The notes: a model not told the origin generated them from the letters alone. A DNA stretch of 64,000 nt from an uncultured delta proteobacterium (GCA_963806225.1 CAWDXG010000004.1:3104001-3168000), one strand, 5' to 3'. Numbered from the stretch's first letter, positions 32,847 to 42,989 are shown. Made by a program: numbers and translations.

Positions 32847-33908
32847 ATGACCGACTCGTCTCCCTCCCCTGGCCCGCTGGACCGGCTGGGGCCGCTGCTC
32901 CGGCGCGTCACGGGCAGGCCCGAACCAGTGCCCATCGAGGAGATGCCCGGCGGCGCCTCCACCCGGCGTTTCTTCCGCGTCGACCTCGGCGACGGGCAGA
33001 GCGCGGTCGCCATGTTCGTACCCGACGCCACGCAGTCCGACGAGATCGTCAAGGCGGACGAGGGCGGGCGCCGCTGGCCGTTCCTCGAGGTGCGCGACCT
33101 GCTGCACGAGCGGGGCGTCTTGGTGCCGGCGGTGCTGGCCGAGGCCTGCAACGACGGCTTCGTGCTGGTCGAGGATCTGGGCGAGGACACTCTGGCCCGC
33201 TACCTGGAGCAGCATCCGGACCGGCGCGAGCTGCTCTACCGCACGGCGATCCTGGACCTGGCCGCCGCCCAGCGCGAGCTCGCCTCGCTGCCGCAGGGCT
33301 CGATCGTGCGCGCGCGGGCCTTCGACGAGGACCTCCTGCGCTGGGAGGTGGATCACTTCCGCGAGTGGGGGCTCGAGGCCCGTGGCATCCACCTCGAGAG
33401 CGAGGACCACGCGCTGTTCGAGCGCGTCGCGGACCACCTGGCGCGAACCATTGCCGGCTGGAAGCGCGGCTTCGTCCATCGCGACTACCAGAGCCGCAAC
33501 CTGATGGTGCGCGAGCGCGAGGACGGAACGCCGGAGCTCGTCTGGATCGACTTCCAGGACGCGCTGCTCGGGCCGCGCGTGTACGACCTGGTGGCGCTGC
33601 TCAGCGACAGCTACCAGACGTTCGATCGCAGCTTCGTGGAAGCGCGGCTAGACGAGTACGCGGGCGCGCTCGGGTTCGATGCGGCGGAGCGCGCCGCCGT
33701 CGGGCGCGAGTTCGACATGGTGACCGTGCAGCGCAAGCTCAAGGACGCCGGGCGCTTCGTGTTCATCGACCAGGTGAAGAACAACCCGTCGTTCCTCGAG
33801 TTCGTCGAACCGACCATCGACAAGGCTCGCGCTGCGCTGGGCCGGCTCGCCGACGACCCGGAGCTCGCGGCGCTCGAGCGGCTCCTCGACCGCGTGCTGG
33901 GGAGCTAG
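32847..33908 (+). CDS. APH-family phosphotransferase, AmgK-like MurNAc/GlcNAc kinase
   Basis: GASTRRFFR, EDLG, HRDYQSRNL, IDFQDA, YDLVALL and QRKLKDAGRF. Confidence 0.85.
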   Translation: MTDSSPSPGPLDRLGPLLRRVTGRPEPVPIEEMPGGASTRRFFRVDLGDGQSAVAMFVPDATQSDEIVKADEGGRRWPFLEVRDLLHERGVLVPAVLAEACNDGFVLVEDLGEDTLARYLEQHPDRRELLYRTAILDLAAAQRELASLPQGSIVRARAFDEDLLRWEVDHFREWGLEARGIHLESEDHALFERVADHLARTIAGWKRGFVHRDYQSRNLMVREREDGTPELVWIDFQDALLGPRVYDLVALLSDSYQTFDRSFVEARLDEYAGALGFDAAERAAVGREFDMVTVQRKLKDAGRFVFIDQVKNNPSFLEFVEPTIDKARAALGRLADDPELAALERLLDRVLGS

Positions 33909-34867
33909 CCGAGCCCGGGTGGCGGCTCGCTGCCGTCGACCAGCGAAAGCCAATCGCCGGCCCGGTCGGAATCGCAGAACAGCAGCCAGGCGCGTTCCCC
34001 GACCGCCTGCACACACTCGCGCAGGATCGGCGCAGCGCGCGCGAGGTCCGCGATCGCAAGATCGATGTACGAGTAGCCGAGACCGAGCCCGTTGCCGACG
34101 ACAGAGCCGGCCTGTGCCTTGACGAGCGCAGCGCCGATCGCGTCCTCGAGCGCGCTGCGCTCGGCGAGGCGCTGCTCGTCCGCCCGCCCGCCGCTGTCGA
34201 GCTTCAGGTAGCAGTAGAGCTCGCCGTGCCGCGAGAAGCGCCCCGAGTACAGCGGCAACCCCTGCAGGAAGGCCTTGAGCAGCTCCGGCTCCGACGTGGT
34301 GGCGAGCACAAGATCGTTCTGCGCGGCGACGTCGTCGGCGCGCTCGGGCTCGAGCTCGAACAGCGTCCATTCGCCAGCCCCGGCGCGGGCGTGGTGCGGC
34401 GCGTCCGGCAGACCGGCGAGGAGACCCTCGATGGCGGCGAGCACGGCCGACTGGATGTCCGCGAGCGGCAGAGTCTGTTCGTCGCCGTCGCCCACGACCT
34501 TGAGCGGCCCTCCCCGACCGAGCGGGGCGACATCGATGCCGCCGATCCAGTCATCCACGAGCTGGGCGCCGAACAGCGCATCCGCGACGCGGTCCGCCGT
34601 CTGCCGGGCGCGCTCGTCGCGATTCGACCCGAACGCCGGGTCGAACAGTACGAGATCGAGCAGGTGTCCGCGGGAGAAGCCGGCCCGGGCGCGCGCCTTT
34701 CCGATCTCGATACCGTCCGCGCGGAGTCCGGCCAGCGCCGCGTCGAAAGCGGGCAGCTCGCGGAAGCTCTCGCGTTCGGCGGCCACCTGCTCCAGCTCCT
34801 CGGCCGACCGCCGTGTGAACAGACCTTCCACGATTCGATCGGAGCGCCAGCGCCCGGCAGGCGTCAA
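33905..34867 (-). CDS. Hypothetical protein; start uncertain
   Basis: Open 320-aa ORF with normal composition that fills the gap. C-terminal ERSALED...GNGLGLGYSYIDLA. Confidence 0.7.
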   Translation of the reverse strand: MTPAGRWRSDRIVEGLFTRRSAEELEQVAAERESFRELPAFDAALAGLRADGIEIGKARARAGFSRGHLLDLVLFDPAFGSNRDERARQTADRVADALFGAQLVDDWIGGIDVAPLGRGGPLKVVGDGDEQTLPLADIQSAVLAAIEGLLAGLPDAPHHARAGAGEWTLFELEPERADDVAAQNDLVLATTSEPELLKAFLQGLPLYSGRFSRHGELYCYLKLDSGGRADEQRLAERSALEDAIGAALVKAQAGSVVGNGLGLGYSYIDLAIADLARAAPILRECVQAVGERAWLLFCDSDRAGDWLSLVDGSEPPPGLG

Positions 34868-35012
34868 GCCATGGCGCGCAGCTCCGCGGGATCGAAGCCG
34901 GATTTAACGCCGGAGCCGCGAGCGGCATTCGAGCTGTAGGCAATGCCGCGGCTCGAGCGTTTGGAATATGAACCCACGCGCCGCGCGCATGTCGAACCTG
35001 GATAGAGCTCCC

Positions 35013-35375
35013 ATGACCACCCGGACCCTGTATCGCCCCGTCGGCTCGGCCGAGCTGTCGCAGATCGCGGCGCGCGGGTATCGCCGGTTTCCGCCTCGGC
35101 TCTCCGACCAGGCATACTTCTATCCGGTCCGGACCCGGGCCTACGCCGAGCAGATCGCGCGTGACTGGAACGCCCGCGGCAGCGGCCCGGGCTACGTGGC
35201 GCGCTTCGAGGTGTCTGCGGAATTCCTCGACGGCTACCAGGTGCGGGTCGTCGGTGCGCGGATCCACGAGGAGTACTGGATCCCCGCCGAGTGCCTCGAG
35301 GACTTCAACGACGCGATCGTCGGCAGGATCGAGATCGTAGCCGAGTTCAGGAACGCCGAATCGGCATCGGCCTAG
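35013..35375 (+). CDS. Small conserved protein of the family usually labelled 'ADP-ribosylation/crystallin J1'
   Basis: TLYRPVG..EL, FPPRL..Q..FYPV, QIARDWN and HEEYWIPAE.LEDFN. Confidence 0.8.
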   Translation: MTTRTLYRPVGSAELSQIAARGYRRFPPRLSDQAYFYPVRTRAYAEQIARDWNARGSGPGYVARFEVSAEFLDGYQVRVVGARIHEEYWIPAECLEDFNDAIVGRIEIVAEFRNAESASA

Positions 35376-35938
35376 CGTCGGCCCATCCGGACGACCTCGA
35401 CGCGCACCGGGACCACGCCCGCGCGCAGCATCCCCAGCTGTCGTGCGGCCGCTTTCGAGAGATCGAGGATGCGCTTGCTGCTGCCGAACGGACCGCGATC
35501 GTTGACGCGGACGTACACGGTGGGGCCGCGTGGCTCGCGCGTCACGCGCAACACGCTGCCGAACGGCAGGCTGCGGTGCGCGGCGGTGAACGCGCCAGGA
35601 TCGTAGCGATCACCGTTGGCCGTGTGATGACCGGCGAGCGAGTCGGCGTAGTAGGTCGCCTCGCCCGTGAGCACCCGGAGCGAGGGCGCGTTCGCATAGC
35701 GCGCGGCCAGCGAGCGCTCGGCAGGCTCTGCATCCGGCGAAACGCTGCGGGCGGCGCGGGCGTCGGGCCCCGGCGGTCCAAGCGCGGGATCGCCCGGTGC
35801 GCCGCCGCCGGGCGGCGGCTCGGCCATGCCGTACGGTGGGGGATCGCCGCCGTACGGCAAGGGCGTCTCCGGCACGTGCTGGCAGGCGAGGAGCAGCGCC
35901 GCCGGCACCAGCAGCAGAACCGGGCACGTCACGGGCAT
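35372..35938 (-). CDS. rlpA: RlpA-family lytic transglycosylase lipoprotein (DPBB domain)
   Basis: LLA-C lipobox, TANGDRYD, TAAHRSLPFG, VRVNDRGPF and ILDLS. Confidence 0.9.
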   Translation of the reverse strand: MPVTCPVLLLVPAALLLACQHVPETPLPYGGDPPPYGMAEPPPGGGAPGDPALGPPGPDARAARSVSPDAEPAERSLAARYANAPSLRVLTGEATYYADSLAGHHTANGDRYDPGAFTAAHRSLPFGSVLRVTREPRGPTVYVRVNDRGPFGSSKRILDLSKAAARQLGMLRAGVVPVRVEVVRMGRR

Positions 35939-35987
35939 CGGCCCGGAGTGTGAAGCCAGTGCGCCCAGCTCCGCAAGTCTGCTGTGC

Positions 35988-37256
35988 TCAGCCCTGCGGG
36001 ACCTTCGGGCGCTGCACGCTCTCGGGCACGTAGCGCCACACGATGAGAGCTCCCACGATCGCCGCGCAGCCCGCGATCAAGAACGGCAGATTGAAAAAGA
36101 CCATGGCGAAGACGCCCGCTGTGAGCGGCCCCAGCGCCAGCCCCAGTCCGAACCCCATCGTGATGACGCTCATCTGGCGCCCTTCGCCACCCACTCGCGC
36201 GAGATCCGCGGCCAGCGCGAACGCCGGAGCGGCGATGCCGGCGGACGCCGCACCCTGCACAATCCGGAGCGCGGTGAGCTGTGCCGTCGAAGCGACCAGC
36301 CCGAGCGGCGCAGTGGCCAGTGCCAGGACTACCAGACCCCAGACGATCAGCGGCTTGCGTCCGATGCGATCGGAGAGGCGGCCGAGCGGGATCTGGAAGA
36401 TCAAGCGGCTGACCATCAGCGAGCTGAACGCGACCCCGAAAGCGAAGGCGGTCTCCTCGAGCCTCTCGTTGAACTGCTTTTCGAGCGTGGTCATCATGGA
36501 AAACGCGGCCGCCATCACGAACGTTGCAGCACCCAGACCTAGGATGCCGGGAGTCAATAGCTTCCGATCGAAGAACGGCACCCGGCGCCCTTCCTCCATC
36601 GGGACGTTCGCGGGCGTGTCCTTCACCCACAGCTGCACCAGCAACATCGCGAGCAGCACGAAAGCTGTCCCGGCATAGAAGGCGGCGTCGAAACCGAAGC
36701 GATCGTAGAGGAAACCGCCGAGCAGCGGACCGCTTGCGAAACCGACCATGCGCATCGAACTGTAGACGCCCATGGATCCGCCACGGCTGTGCTTGACCGT
36801 CGAGGCGGTCATGATCGCCATCGAAGCGGGAATGGTGAGCGCCACGCCAACGCCCTGCAGAGCGCGCAGCAGGAGCAGGTGCGTGAAGCGCGACGCGACC
36901 GCGAAGGTCAGCGTGCCGCCCGCCATCAACAGCAGCCCCAGCTGGATGAACAGCTTGCGGCGGTTGAAGCGGTCGGTCAGAAACCCCCCCACGGGCTGGA
37001 AGACCGAGTTGACCAACCCGTAGAGCGAGATCAGGATGCCAACCCGGACGGTTTCCGGTACCGGGAACCACGGCGCGGGCAGCTTCGCGACGTACAGCGG
37101 GATGATCACGAACAGGATGCTGTTGCCGATCGCGTCGCCGAGGCGCGCCAGCGACAGCGCCAGCACGGCGGGATGGGCACCGATGCGCTCGGCAAACCCC
37201 GGCTGACCCGCGTGGGCCCGCTCGGCCAGGGACGGGTCAGGCGCGGCGGGCGGCAT
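35988..37256 (-). CDS. MFS transporter
   Basis: About 12 transmembrane helices, GFLTDRFNRRK and GRLSDRIGRK motif A, RALQG. Confidence 0.92.
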   Translation of the reverse strand: MPPAAPDPSLAERAHAGQPGFAERIGAHPAVLALSLARLGDAIGNSILFVIIPLYVAKLPAPWFPVPETVRVGILISLYGLVNSVFQPVGGFLTDRFNRRKLFIQLGLLLMAGGTLTFAVASRFTHLLLLRALQGVGVALTIPASMAIMTASTVKHSRGGSMGVYSSMRMVGFASGPLLGGFLYDRFGFDAAFYAGTAFVLLAMLLVQLWVKDTPANVPMEEGRRVPFFDRKLLTPGILGLGAATFVMAAAFSMMTTLEKQFNERLEETAFAFGVAFSSLMVSRLIFQIPLGRLSDRIGRKPLIVWGLVVLALATAPLGLVASTAQLTALRIVQGAASAGIAAPAFALAADLARVGGEGRQMSVITMGFGLGLALGPLTAGVFAMVFFNLPFLIAGCAAIVGALIVWRYVPESVQRPKVPQG

Positions 37257-37364
37257 CCCTCATGGGTTAACGAGATCGCGGCGCGCAGGCAAACGACGCG
37301 ACACGGCGCGTCTCGATCGCCCCCCGCATGGGCGGGCGTGGTGCTGCCCGGACGGCAGATCCAG

Positions 37365-38984
37365 CTAGCGACAGAGCTGTTGCCGGCGCGCCTGCTGGGC
37401 CAGCGAGCAGCTGAAACCGCTCACTTCACACGACGCCACCCAGCGCCCCTGGTGGCCGCACGCGGGCGCGCCTTTCTGCCAGCCCTCGTCCGCCCAGCAG
37501 TGCGTCGGATAGCCGAGGGTGGTCAGCGCCTTGCAGCCCTCGGAGACGACCTCGTCCTTGCGTGTCTGCTGGCCGTCGCAATCGTAGTCGAAGCTGCCGT
37601 CGCCGCGATGCTGCGCGAAGTAGCGCGTCTGGCCCGGATGTGCTTCGGGGTTCGAGTCGTAGCAGTCCAGCGAGTTGGCGACGTAGCCCGGCGGCTGGTG
37701 GTTCGCGCGCTTCATCACGTGCGGATCGCCGTAGCCGTCGTGATCGCGGTCGATGTACCAGGCCGGCTCGGCGCACGGCAGCGCGCGATCGTTGGCGAGA
37801 TCGGTGAGCCGCCGCTCGAGCGGTTCCGCTACGTCGGCGAGCACGCTGTGCAGTCGGTTGTCTTGCTTCGCGTCGCTGAGCAGTGTCTCGAGCAGACTGC
37901 GGGTCTCGCACACCTGGCGCCCCGGCTTCTTCGCGACCAGCTCGCTGGACGCGCCGTCGAACGCCTCGAGCGCCTTCAGCAGCGAGCTCTGCTCACTGCT
38001 GCTGAATGCCTCGTCGGAGCGCGCCACGACGTCGCGGAGCTTTTCCGCACCGGCCGGCACCTTGTCGAGCTCTCGTCCTGCTGCGGTCTGCAGACCCAGC
38101 TCGCGCAGGCTTGCGATCGCGGTGCGGCGCGTGCGCGCTGCCGCCACCTTGCGGCAGGTCCCCGCCGACTCGAACGCGGGGCGGGCGTGTTCCAACAGGG
38201 CAGCGATATTCAGCTTCTGCTTGGCCTGGATCTCGAACCGGGCGCTGTCGCTCTGGCTCTGCTTGACCTTGAAACCCGCCACGCCCTTCATCAGCGACAG
38301 CCCGGCGCCGGCCGCCTGCTCATCCAGGAAGTGCACCGTGATGACCGGAACGGCGGCGAGCACCTTGGCCGTGTAGACCAGGTCCCCCTTGTGACCGGCC
38401 GGGGCGCACAGGCTCGTGATGCACGTCTCGAGCGCTTCGCGCGCTTTGGGCTCCTGTTCGGCGGATTCGTACTGTTGACCCAGGATTTCGGCGACGCTGG
38501 ACAGCACGCGGATCTCGGCGTCGGACAGCGTGACCTTGACCTCGACTCGCTGCCCGGAGCTCCCCGCCGCGTCCAGCTTGGGCGCCCAGGGGCCGAGAAA
38601 CCCGAGATCCAGCGTGCCGCCTGCGGCGAGCGTGCGGACAGCGCTGTAGCTGAACGCCATGTCGGCCGCGGAGCGGACGTTCATGCGCACGCGGCTGGCG
38701 CGCTTGGCGTCGCCAGCGAAGCAGCCGTTGATGAAGTCCGAACGTTCCGGGTTCTTCGCGGTGCCGTAGAAGCCGGTGACGAGGAAGTTCGGCACGCTCA
38801 GGCACTCGAAGCTAGCCGTGTCGGCTGCGTGGCCAAGCGCCGCGTGCACCGAAGCGCACCAGCTCGGCAGGGTCGGGGGCGCGGGCGGTACGGGTGGGGC
38901 GGCCGGCACGCGCGGCGGGTCCGGTTTCGCGCAGGCGCCGAACGCCAGGAGCACAAGAGCCGTCAGGGCGGACAAGCGGGACAT
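37365..38984 (-). CDS. Lipoprotein with a beta-rich N-terminal domain, a helical middle region and a C-terminal Cys-rich putative metal-binding (MopE-like) motif
   Basis: AFGA-C lipobox. C-terminal WYIDRDHDGYGD...DCYDSNPEAHPG...FDYDCDG. Confidence 0.78.
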   Translation of the reverse strand: MSRLSALTALVLLAFGACAKPDPPRVPAAPPVPPAPPTLPSWCASVHAALGHAADTASFECLSVPNFLVTGFYGTAKNPERSDFINGCFAGDAKRASRVRMNVRSAADMAFSYSAVRTLAAGGTLDLGFLGPWAPKLDAAGSSGQRVEVKVTLSDAEIRVLSSVAEILGQQYESAEQEPKAREALETCITSLCAPAGHKGDLVYTAKVLAAVPVITVHFLDEQAAGAGLSLMKGVAGFKVKQSQSDSARFEIQAKQKLNIAALLEHARPAFESAGTCRKVAAARTRRTAIASLRELGLQTAAGRELDKVPAGAEKLRDVVARSDEAFSSSEQSSLLKALEAFDGASSELVAKKPGRQVCETRSLLETLLSDAKQDNRLHSVLADVAEPLERRLTDLANDRALPCAEPAWYIDRDHDGYGDPHVMKRANHQPPGYVANSLDCYDSNPEAHPGQTRYFAQHRGDGSFDYDCDGQQTRKDEVVSEGCKALTTLGYPTHCWADEGWQKGAPACGHQGRWVASCEVSGFSCSLAQQARRQQLCR

Positions 38985-39180
38985 GACAACCGACCGCGAG
39001 GGTAGCACCACCGAGAAGCGCCGCCTCACTCCGAACCGAGTGGTTCCAGGCCGCCCCTCCCCCGACGCGGCGTAGCACAAGTCGCGCGTGCTTCTGCCTG
39101 CCCGCGGGCGGCTCCGGGTACTCCACTAGATAGAGCCCTCGATCCGGCCCCGAGCCGGACCCTGCCAACAAGGAGTGACC

Positions 39181-39933
39181 ATGGCTTTCTTTTCGCGCGT
39201 ACTCGTCCCAGCGGCGCTGGGCGCCTTCGGCGTTGCGATGATGCTCGGCGGATGCGGCGGTTCCAGCAGCGCAAGCCTGGGCAACGGCGGCAGCGGAGCC
39301 ACCGGCGCGGGCGGCAGCTCCTCCGGCGGCAGCGGCGCGGGCACCGGTGTAGGTGGAGGTGGGCCCTGCTCGAGCACCGGCCAGTGTGCTCCGCCGACCC
39401 CGTACTGCGATACGGGAGCCAAGCAATGCGTGCAGTGCCTGGGTGACGCCAACTGCGGCAACTTCGGCGGCCAGCGCTACTGCGACACGACGACCCATAG
39501 CTGCGTGCAGTGTACGACCAACGCACAGTGCGGCGGACAGAACCCGTACTGTTCGCCCAACCACCGCTGCGTCGAGTGCCTGGCGGCCGCAAACTGCGGC
39601 GGCGGCAACATGACCTGCGACACGCTGACGAACCGCTGCGTGCAGTCGTGCCAGTCGAACGGCGACTGCGGCGGCGATGTCCCCTACTGCAGCACCACGC
39701 GCCACGTGTGCGTGCAATGCCTGGGCGACGCGAACTGCAGCAACACCGGCCGACCCTACTGCGCAACGGCGACAAGCACGTGCGTGGAGTGCATGACCGA
39801 CGCCAACTGTGGCGACCCGGGGCAACCCTACTGCCAACAGGACCGCCACCGCTGCGTGGAGTGCCTCACGGACGCCAACTGCCCACAAGGCGAGACCTGC
39901 GACCCGCAGGACTTCCAGTGCAGAGGCGGCTGA
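39181..39933 (+). CDS. Lipoprotein with tandem Cys-rich repeats
   Basis: AGGAG RBS, LGG-C lipobox, Gly linker, then about 7 repeats of CV(Q/E)CxxxxxC...PYC. Confidence 0.85.
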   Translation: MAFFSRVLVPAALGAFGVAMMLGGCGGSSSASLGNGGSGATGAGGSSSGGSGAGTGVGGGGPCSSTGQCAPPTPYCDTGAKQCVQCLGDANCGNFGGQRYCDTTTHSCVQCTTNAQCGGQNPYCSPNHRCVECLAAANCGGGNMTCDTLTNRCVQSCQSNGDCGGDVPYCSTTRHVCVQCLGDANCSNTGRPYCATATSTCVECMTDANCGDPGQPYCQQDRHRCVECLTDANCPQGETCDPQDFQCRGG

Positions 39934-39934
39934 T

Positions 39935-40795
39935 TCACCCGCCGAACGTGGCGAGCGCGCCCGCGACCCAGGTCGGTCGCGGCGCGCCCAGCACGTCGGA
40001 GTAGTCGACAAGCTGGAGCTCGTGCACCCCGGCCTGGACGGGGCCGGAGCCGAGCAGCGCGCGCAGCACCGGACCCGTGTCGCGGAAATCCGAACGCACG
40101 CGCGTCGACAGCTCGATGAACCCGGACAGGTCGGCGGCAGCCAGCCGCGCGAAGGCGGTCTCGACCCAGCCGCGGGCCGTCTCGAGCGTGCGCGGATCGC
40201 TGTCGTCGAGCCGCTCGGGCCCGGGAGTGCCGTAGCCGGCTCCGTGGTGGACGGGATCGGCGGTCGCCACGACGACCGCGCCCGCTTCGCGCAGCCGCAC
40301 AAGCTCGTCGAGACCTGGAAGCTCCTCCGGGTCCGATCCGACGAGGAACGGATAGCGCGCGATCACGCGCGGCGGCGGACGCCCCTCGCGGCGCGCCGCG
40401 AGCGCCAGCAGCGCCTCGAAGCCATCGAGCGAGAACTCCTCGGTCCAGTGACCGGCGTCACCAGCCACGTCCGGTCCGTGCACACGTCGGAGAGCCGCAC
40501 GAGCGCCCGGCTCGCCACGCCGGGCCGCCTCGACGAGCGCGGCGTCCTGCTCCCGCGCGCGATGGAGCACGCCGAGCGCCAGCACGGTGTCGGCGCCCGA
40601 GCGCAGAACCGCCCGGGCAGCTGCGGCCGCGAGCCGTCCCGAGCTCGACAGACGCGTGTGCGGGAACACCAGCGCACCGCCCACGGGGATCTCGACCTGG
40701 CTCGCTTCGGTCAGCCGCTCTTCGAGCCCCGCGAGGCCGAGCGCCGCTCGCTCGCCCTCGTAGAAGCGTTTCCAGCGCCGGGCGCTCCAGGCCAT
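39935..40795 (-). CDS. Divergent MEMO1/AmmeMemoRadiSam-B-like protein
   Basis: FPHT, LGVLH, EEFSLD and VVATADPVHHG occur in the same order as the MEMO motifs PHAG, GPSH, EHS and SSDxxHYG. Confidence 0.6.
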   Translation of the reverse strand: MAWSARRWKRFYEGERAALGLAGLEERLTEASQVEIPVGGALVFPHTRLSSSGRLAAAAARAVLRSGADTVLALGVLHRAREQDAALVEAARRGEPGARAALRRVHGPDVAGDAGHWTEEFSLDGFEALLALAARREGRPPPRVIARYPFLVGSDPEELPGLDELVRLREAGAVVVATADPVHHGAGYGTPGPERLDDSDPRTLETARGWVETAFARLAAADLSGFIELSTRVRSDFRDTGPVLRALLGSGPVQAGVHELQLVDYSDVLGAPRPTWVAGALATFGG

Positions 40796-40852
40796 CGGAG
40801 AGCCAGGCTCGCACGCCGGCCGGGAGCGGTAAACCGTGATACTGCGTCGGGC

Positions 40853-41815
40853 ATGCCGCTCAGGGACTCTCCGCTGCCCGCCGCTGCGGGGCACTGGTGG
40901 ACGGTCCGGCCGCTCATCGCGCATGCGCTCGATCGGCGGCCGGCGCCTGCCGCCACGACGTGGTCGACAACGCTCGATGACGAGCGCCTCGGAACGGTGA
41001 CGCTGCGCGGGCTGCGGGACCACGGCAGAAGCCGCACCCTCGTCCTGGTGGTGCACGGTCTCGGCGGCAACGCGGAAAGCCACTACGCGATCGACGCCGC
41101 GCGGGCCGTTGCGACGGCGGGCTTCGACAGCTTGCGGCTCAATCTGCGGGGCGCGGGGCTCGACGGGGAGGATTTCTACCACGCCGGGCTGTCCTCCGAT
41201 CTGCACGCCGTGCTCGCGAGCCGGGAGCTGTCGGACTACGAGCGCGTGCTCGTGCTGGGCTTCTCGCTGGGAGGGCACGTTGCGCTGCGCTACGCGACGG
41301 AACGCGTCGACCCGCGCGTACGGGCGGTGGCCGCCGTCTGCTCGCCGCTCGACCTCGAGCGCTCGGCCGAGGCGATCGATCGACCGGAACGCTGGCCCTA
41401 CCGCCGGCACGTGCTCTCTGGGCTGAAGCAGAGCTACGCCGCGATCGCCCGCCGGCGCCCTGTTCCGGTTCCGCTCGAAAGCGCGCAGCGCGTCCGCCGC
41501 ATCATGGAGTGGGACGAGCTCGTGGTCGCGCCGCGCCACGGCTTCTCGAGCGCACGCCACTACTATCGCGAAGCGAGCGTCGCGCCGCTGCTCGGACGGC
41601 TCGCCTTGCCCTCGCTGCTCGTCGTTTCGCGGCACGATCCGATGGTGCTCGAGCGCACGCTGCGCCCCGCGCTGGAACGTATCCCGGACACGCTCGAGGT
41701 GCGCTGGCTGGAGCGCGGGGGGCACGTCGGCTTCCCGGGCGACTTCGACCTGGGCGAGGCCGCGCCGCCAGGCATGGAACACCAGGTCGTGGCATGGCTC
41801 GCGCGGCAGCGATGA
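40853..41815 (+). CDS. YheT-family alpha/beta hydrolase
   Basis: VHGLGG, FYHAG, GFSLGG, DP and GGHVGF. Confidence 0.88.
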   Translation: MPLRDSPLPAAAGHWWTVRPLIAHALDRRPAPAATTWSTTLDDERLGTVTLRGLRDHGRSRTLVLVVHGLGGNAESHYAIDAARAVATAGFDSLRLNLRGAGLDGEDFYHAGLSSDLHAVLASRELSDYERVLVLGFSLGGHVALRYATERVDPRVRAVAAVCSPLDLERSAEAIDRPERWPYRRHVLSGLKQSYAAIARRRPVPVPLESAQRVRRIMEWDELVVAPRHGFSSARHYYREASVAPLLGRLALPSLLVVSRHDPMVLERTLRPALERIPDTLEVRWLERGGHVGFPGDFDLGEAAPPGMEHQVVAWLARQR

Positions 41816-41831
41816 TAGCGTCCGACGCGCG

Positions 41832-42989
41832 TCAGGCAGCCTTGCTGCCGCCCCCGGAGTCGACTTCCGCGCGGATGCGCGGCAGCGCGTCGGGGTAGTT
41901 CTCGCGCACGAAGGCGATCAGCTTCTCCCGCACCTCGCAGCGCAGATTCCAGGCGTCGCCGGAGTTCTTCGCGCTCATCAGCGGCCGCACCGTCATCGTC
42001 TTGTCGGTGGAGTCGGTCACCTGGACGCCCCAGGTTTCCCCGTCCCAGTAGTCGGAGGCGTCGAGGATGCGCTTGAACTCCTCGCGGAGCGCCTCCACCG
42101 GCACGCTGTAGTCGAGATACAGGTTTACCGTGCCGAGGATATCGGCCGACACCCGGGTCCAGTTCTGGAACGGTTTTTCGATGAAGTAGTGGATCGGGAC
42201 GATGAGCCGGCGCATGTCCCAGATGCGGACCACGACGTAGGTCAGCGTGATCTCCTCGATCGTCCCCCACTCGCCTTCGACGATCACCACGTCCTCGACG
42301 CGGATGGGCTGGGTCAGCGCGATCTGGATGCCGGCCAGGATCGTGGCCAGGCTCTTCTGCGCAGCGAACCCGAGCACGATGCCCGCCACACCGGCCGAGG
42401 CGAGCAGTCCGGCCCCGAGCTGGCGCACGCGCTCGAACGTCATCAGCACGAAGGCGACGGTGAGCATCCCGACCAGGAAGCCCGCGATGTTCCTGAAGCC
42501 GCGCATCTGTGTGTAGACGGCGCGAGCGTGCAGGTTGTCCTTCGCACTGATGTCGAAACGATGGGTGACCACCTCTTCGACGACGCGCACGCCCTTGATC
42601 GCTATCCAACCGAAGCCGAGGATCAGCAGGATCAGCAGCGTGTGCTTCAAGAAGCCCATCGGCCCGCTGGGCAGCGTGAGCAGCGGCAGCACGAGGTTCA
42701 GCGCGACGAGCGGCCCCATCCAGCGCAGCGGTCGATGCACGTGCTTGGCGATCGCGTCATCGACGATGGTGTCGGTGCGCTCCGACCAGCGGGCGAGCGC
42801 GCGCACGACGAGGCCCGACACCAGGCGACCCACGATCAACGCGACCGCGATCGCGCCGAGCGACCAGAACAGGTCGCGCCAGCCGTAGTCGGCGAAGTCG
42901 CGCACAATCTGTTCAATCTGCCGCGGCAGCAGGCGCGCCAGGTCAGCCCCCGAAGCTGCCAGCGCCGCTATGCTGGTGGAAGACAACAT
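41832..42989 (-). CDS. MscS-family mechanosensitive channel
   Basis: LLASAGVAGIVLGFAAQ, QPIRVEDVVIVEGEWGTIEEITLTYV and FQNWT. Confidence 0.92.
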   Translation of the reverse strand: MLSSTSIAALAASGADLARLLPRQIEQIVRDFADYGWRDLFWSLGAIAVALIVGRLVSGLVVRALARWSERTDTIVDDAIAKHVHRPLRWMGPLVALNLVLPLLTLPSGPMGFLKHTLLILLILGFGWIAIKGVRVVEEVVTHRFDISAKDNLHARAVYTQMRGFRNIAGFLVGMLTVAFVLMTFERVRQLGAGLLASAGVAGIVLGFAAQKSLATILAGIQIALTQPIRVEDVVIVEGEWGTIEEITLTYVVVRIWDMRRLIVPIHYFIEKPFQNWTRVSADILGTVNLYLDYSVPVEALREEFKRILDASDYWDGETWGVQVTDSTDKTMTVRPLMSAKNSGDAWNLRCEVREKLIAFVRENYPDALPRIRAEVDSGGGSKAA

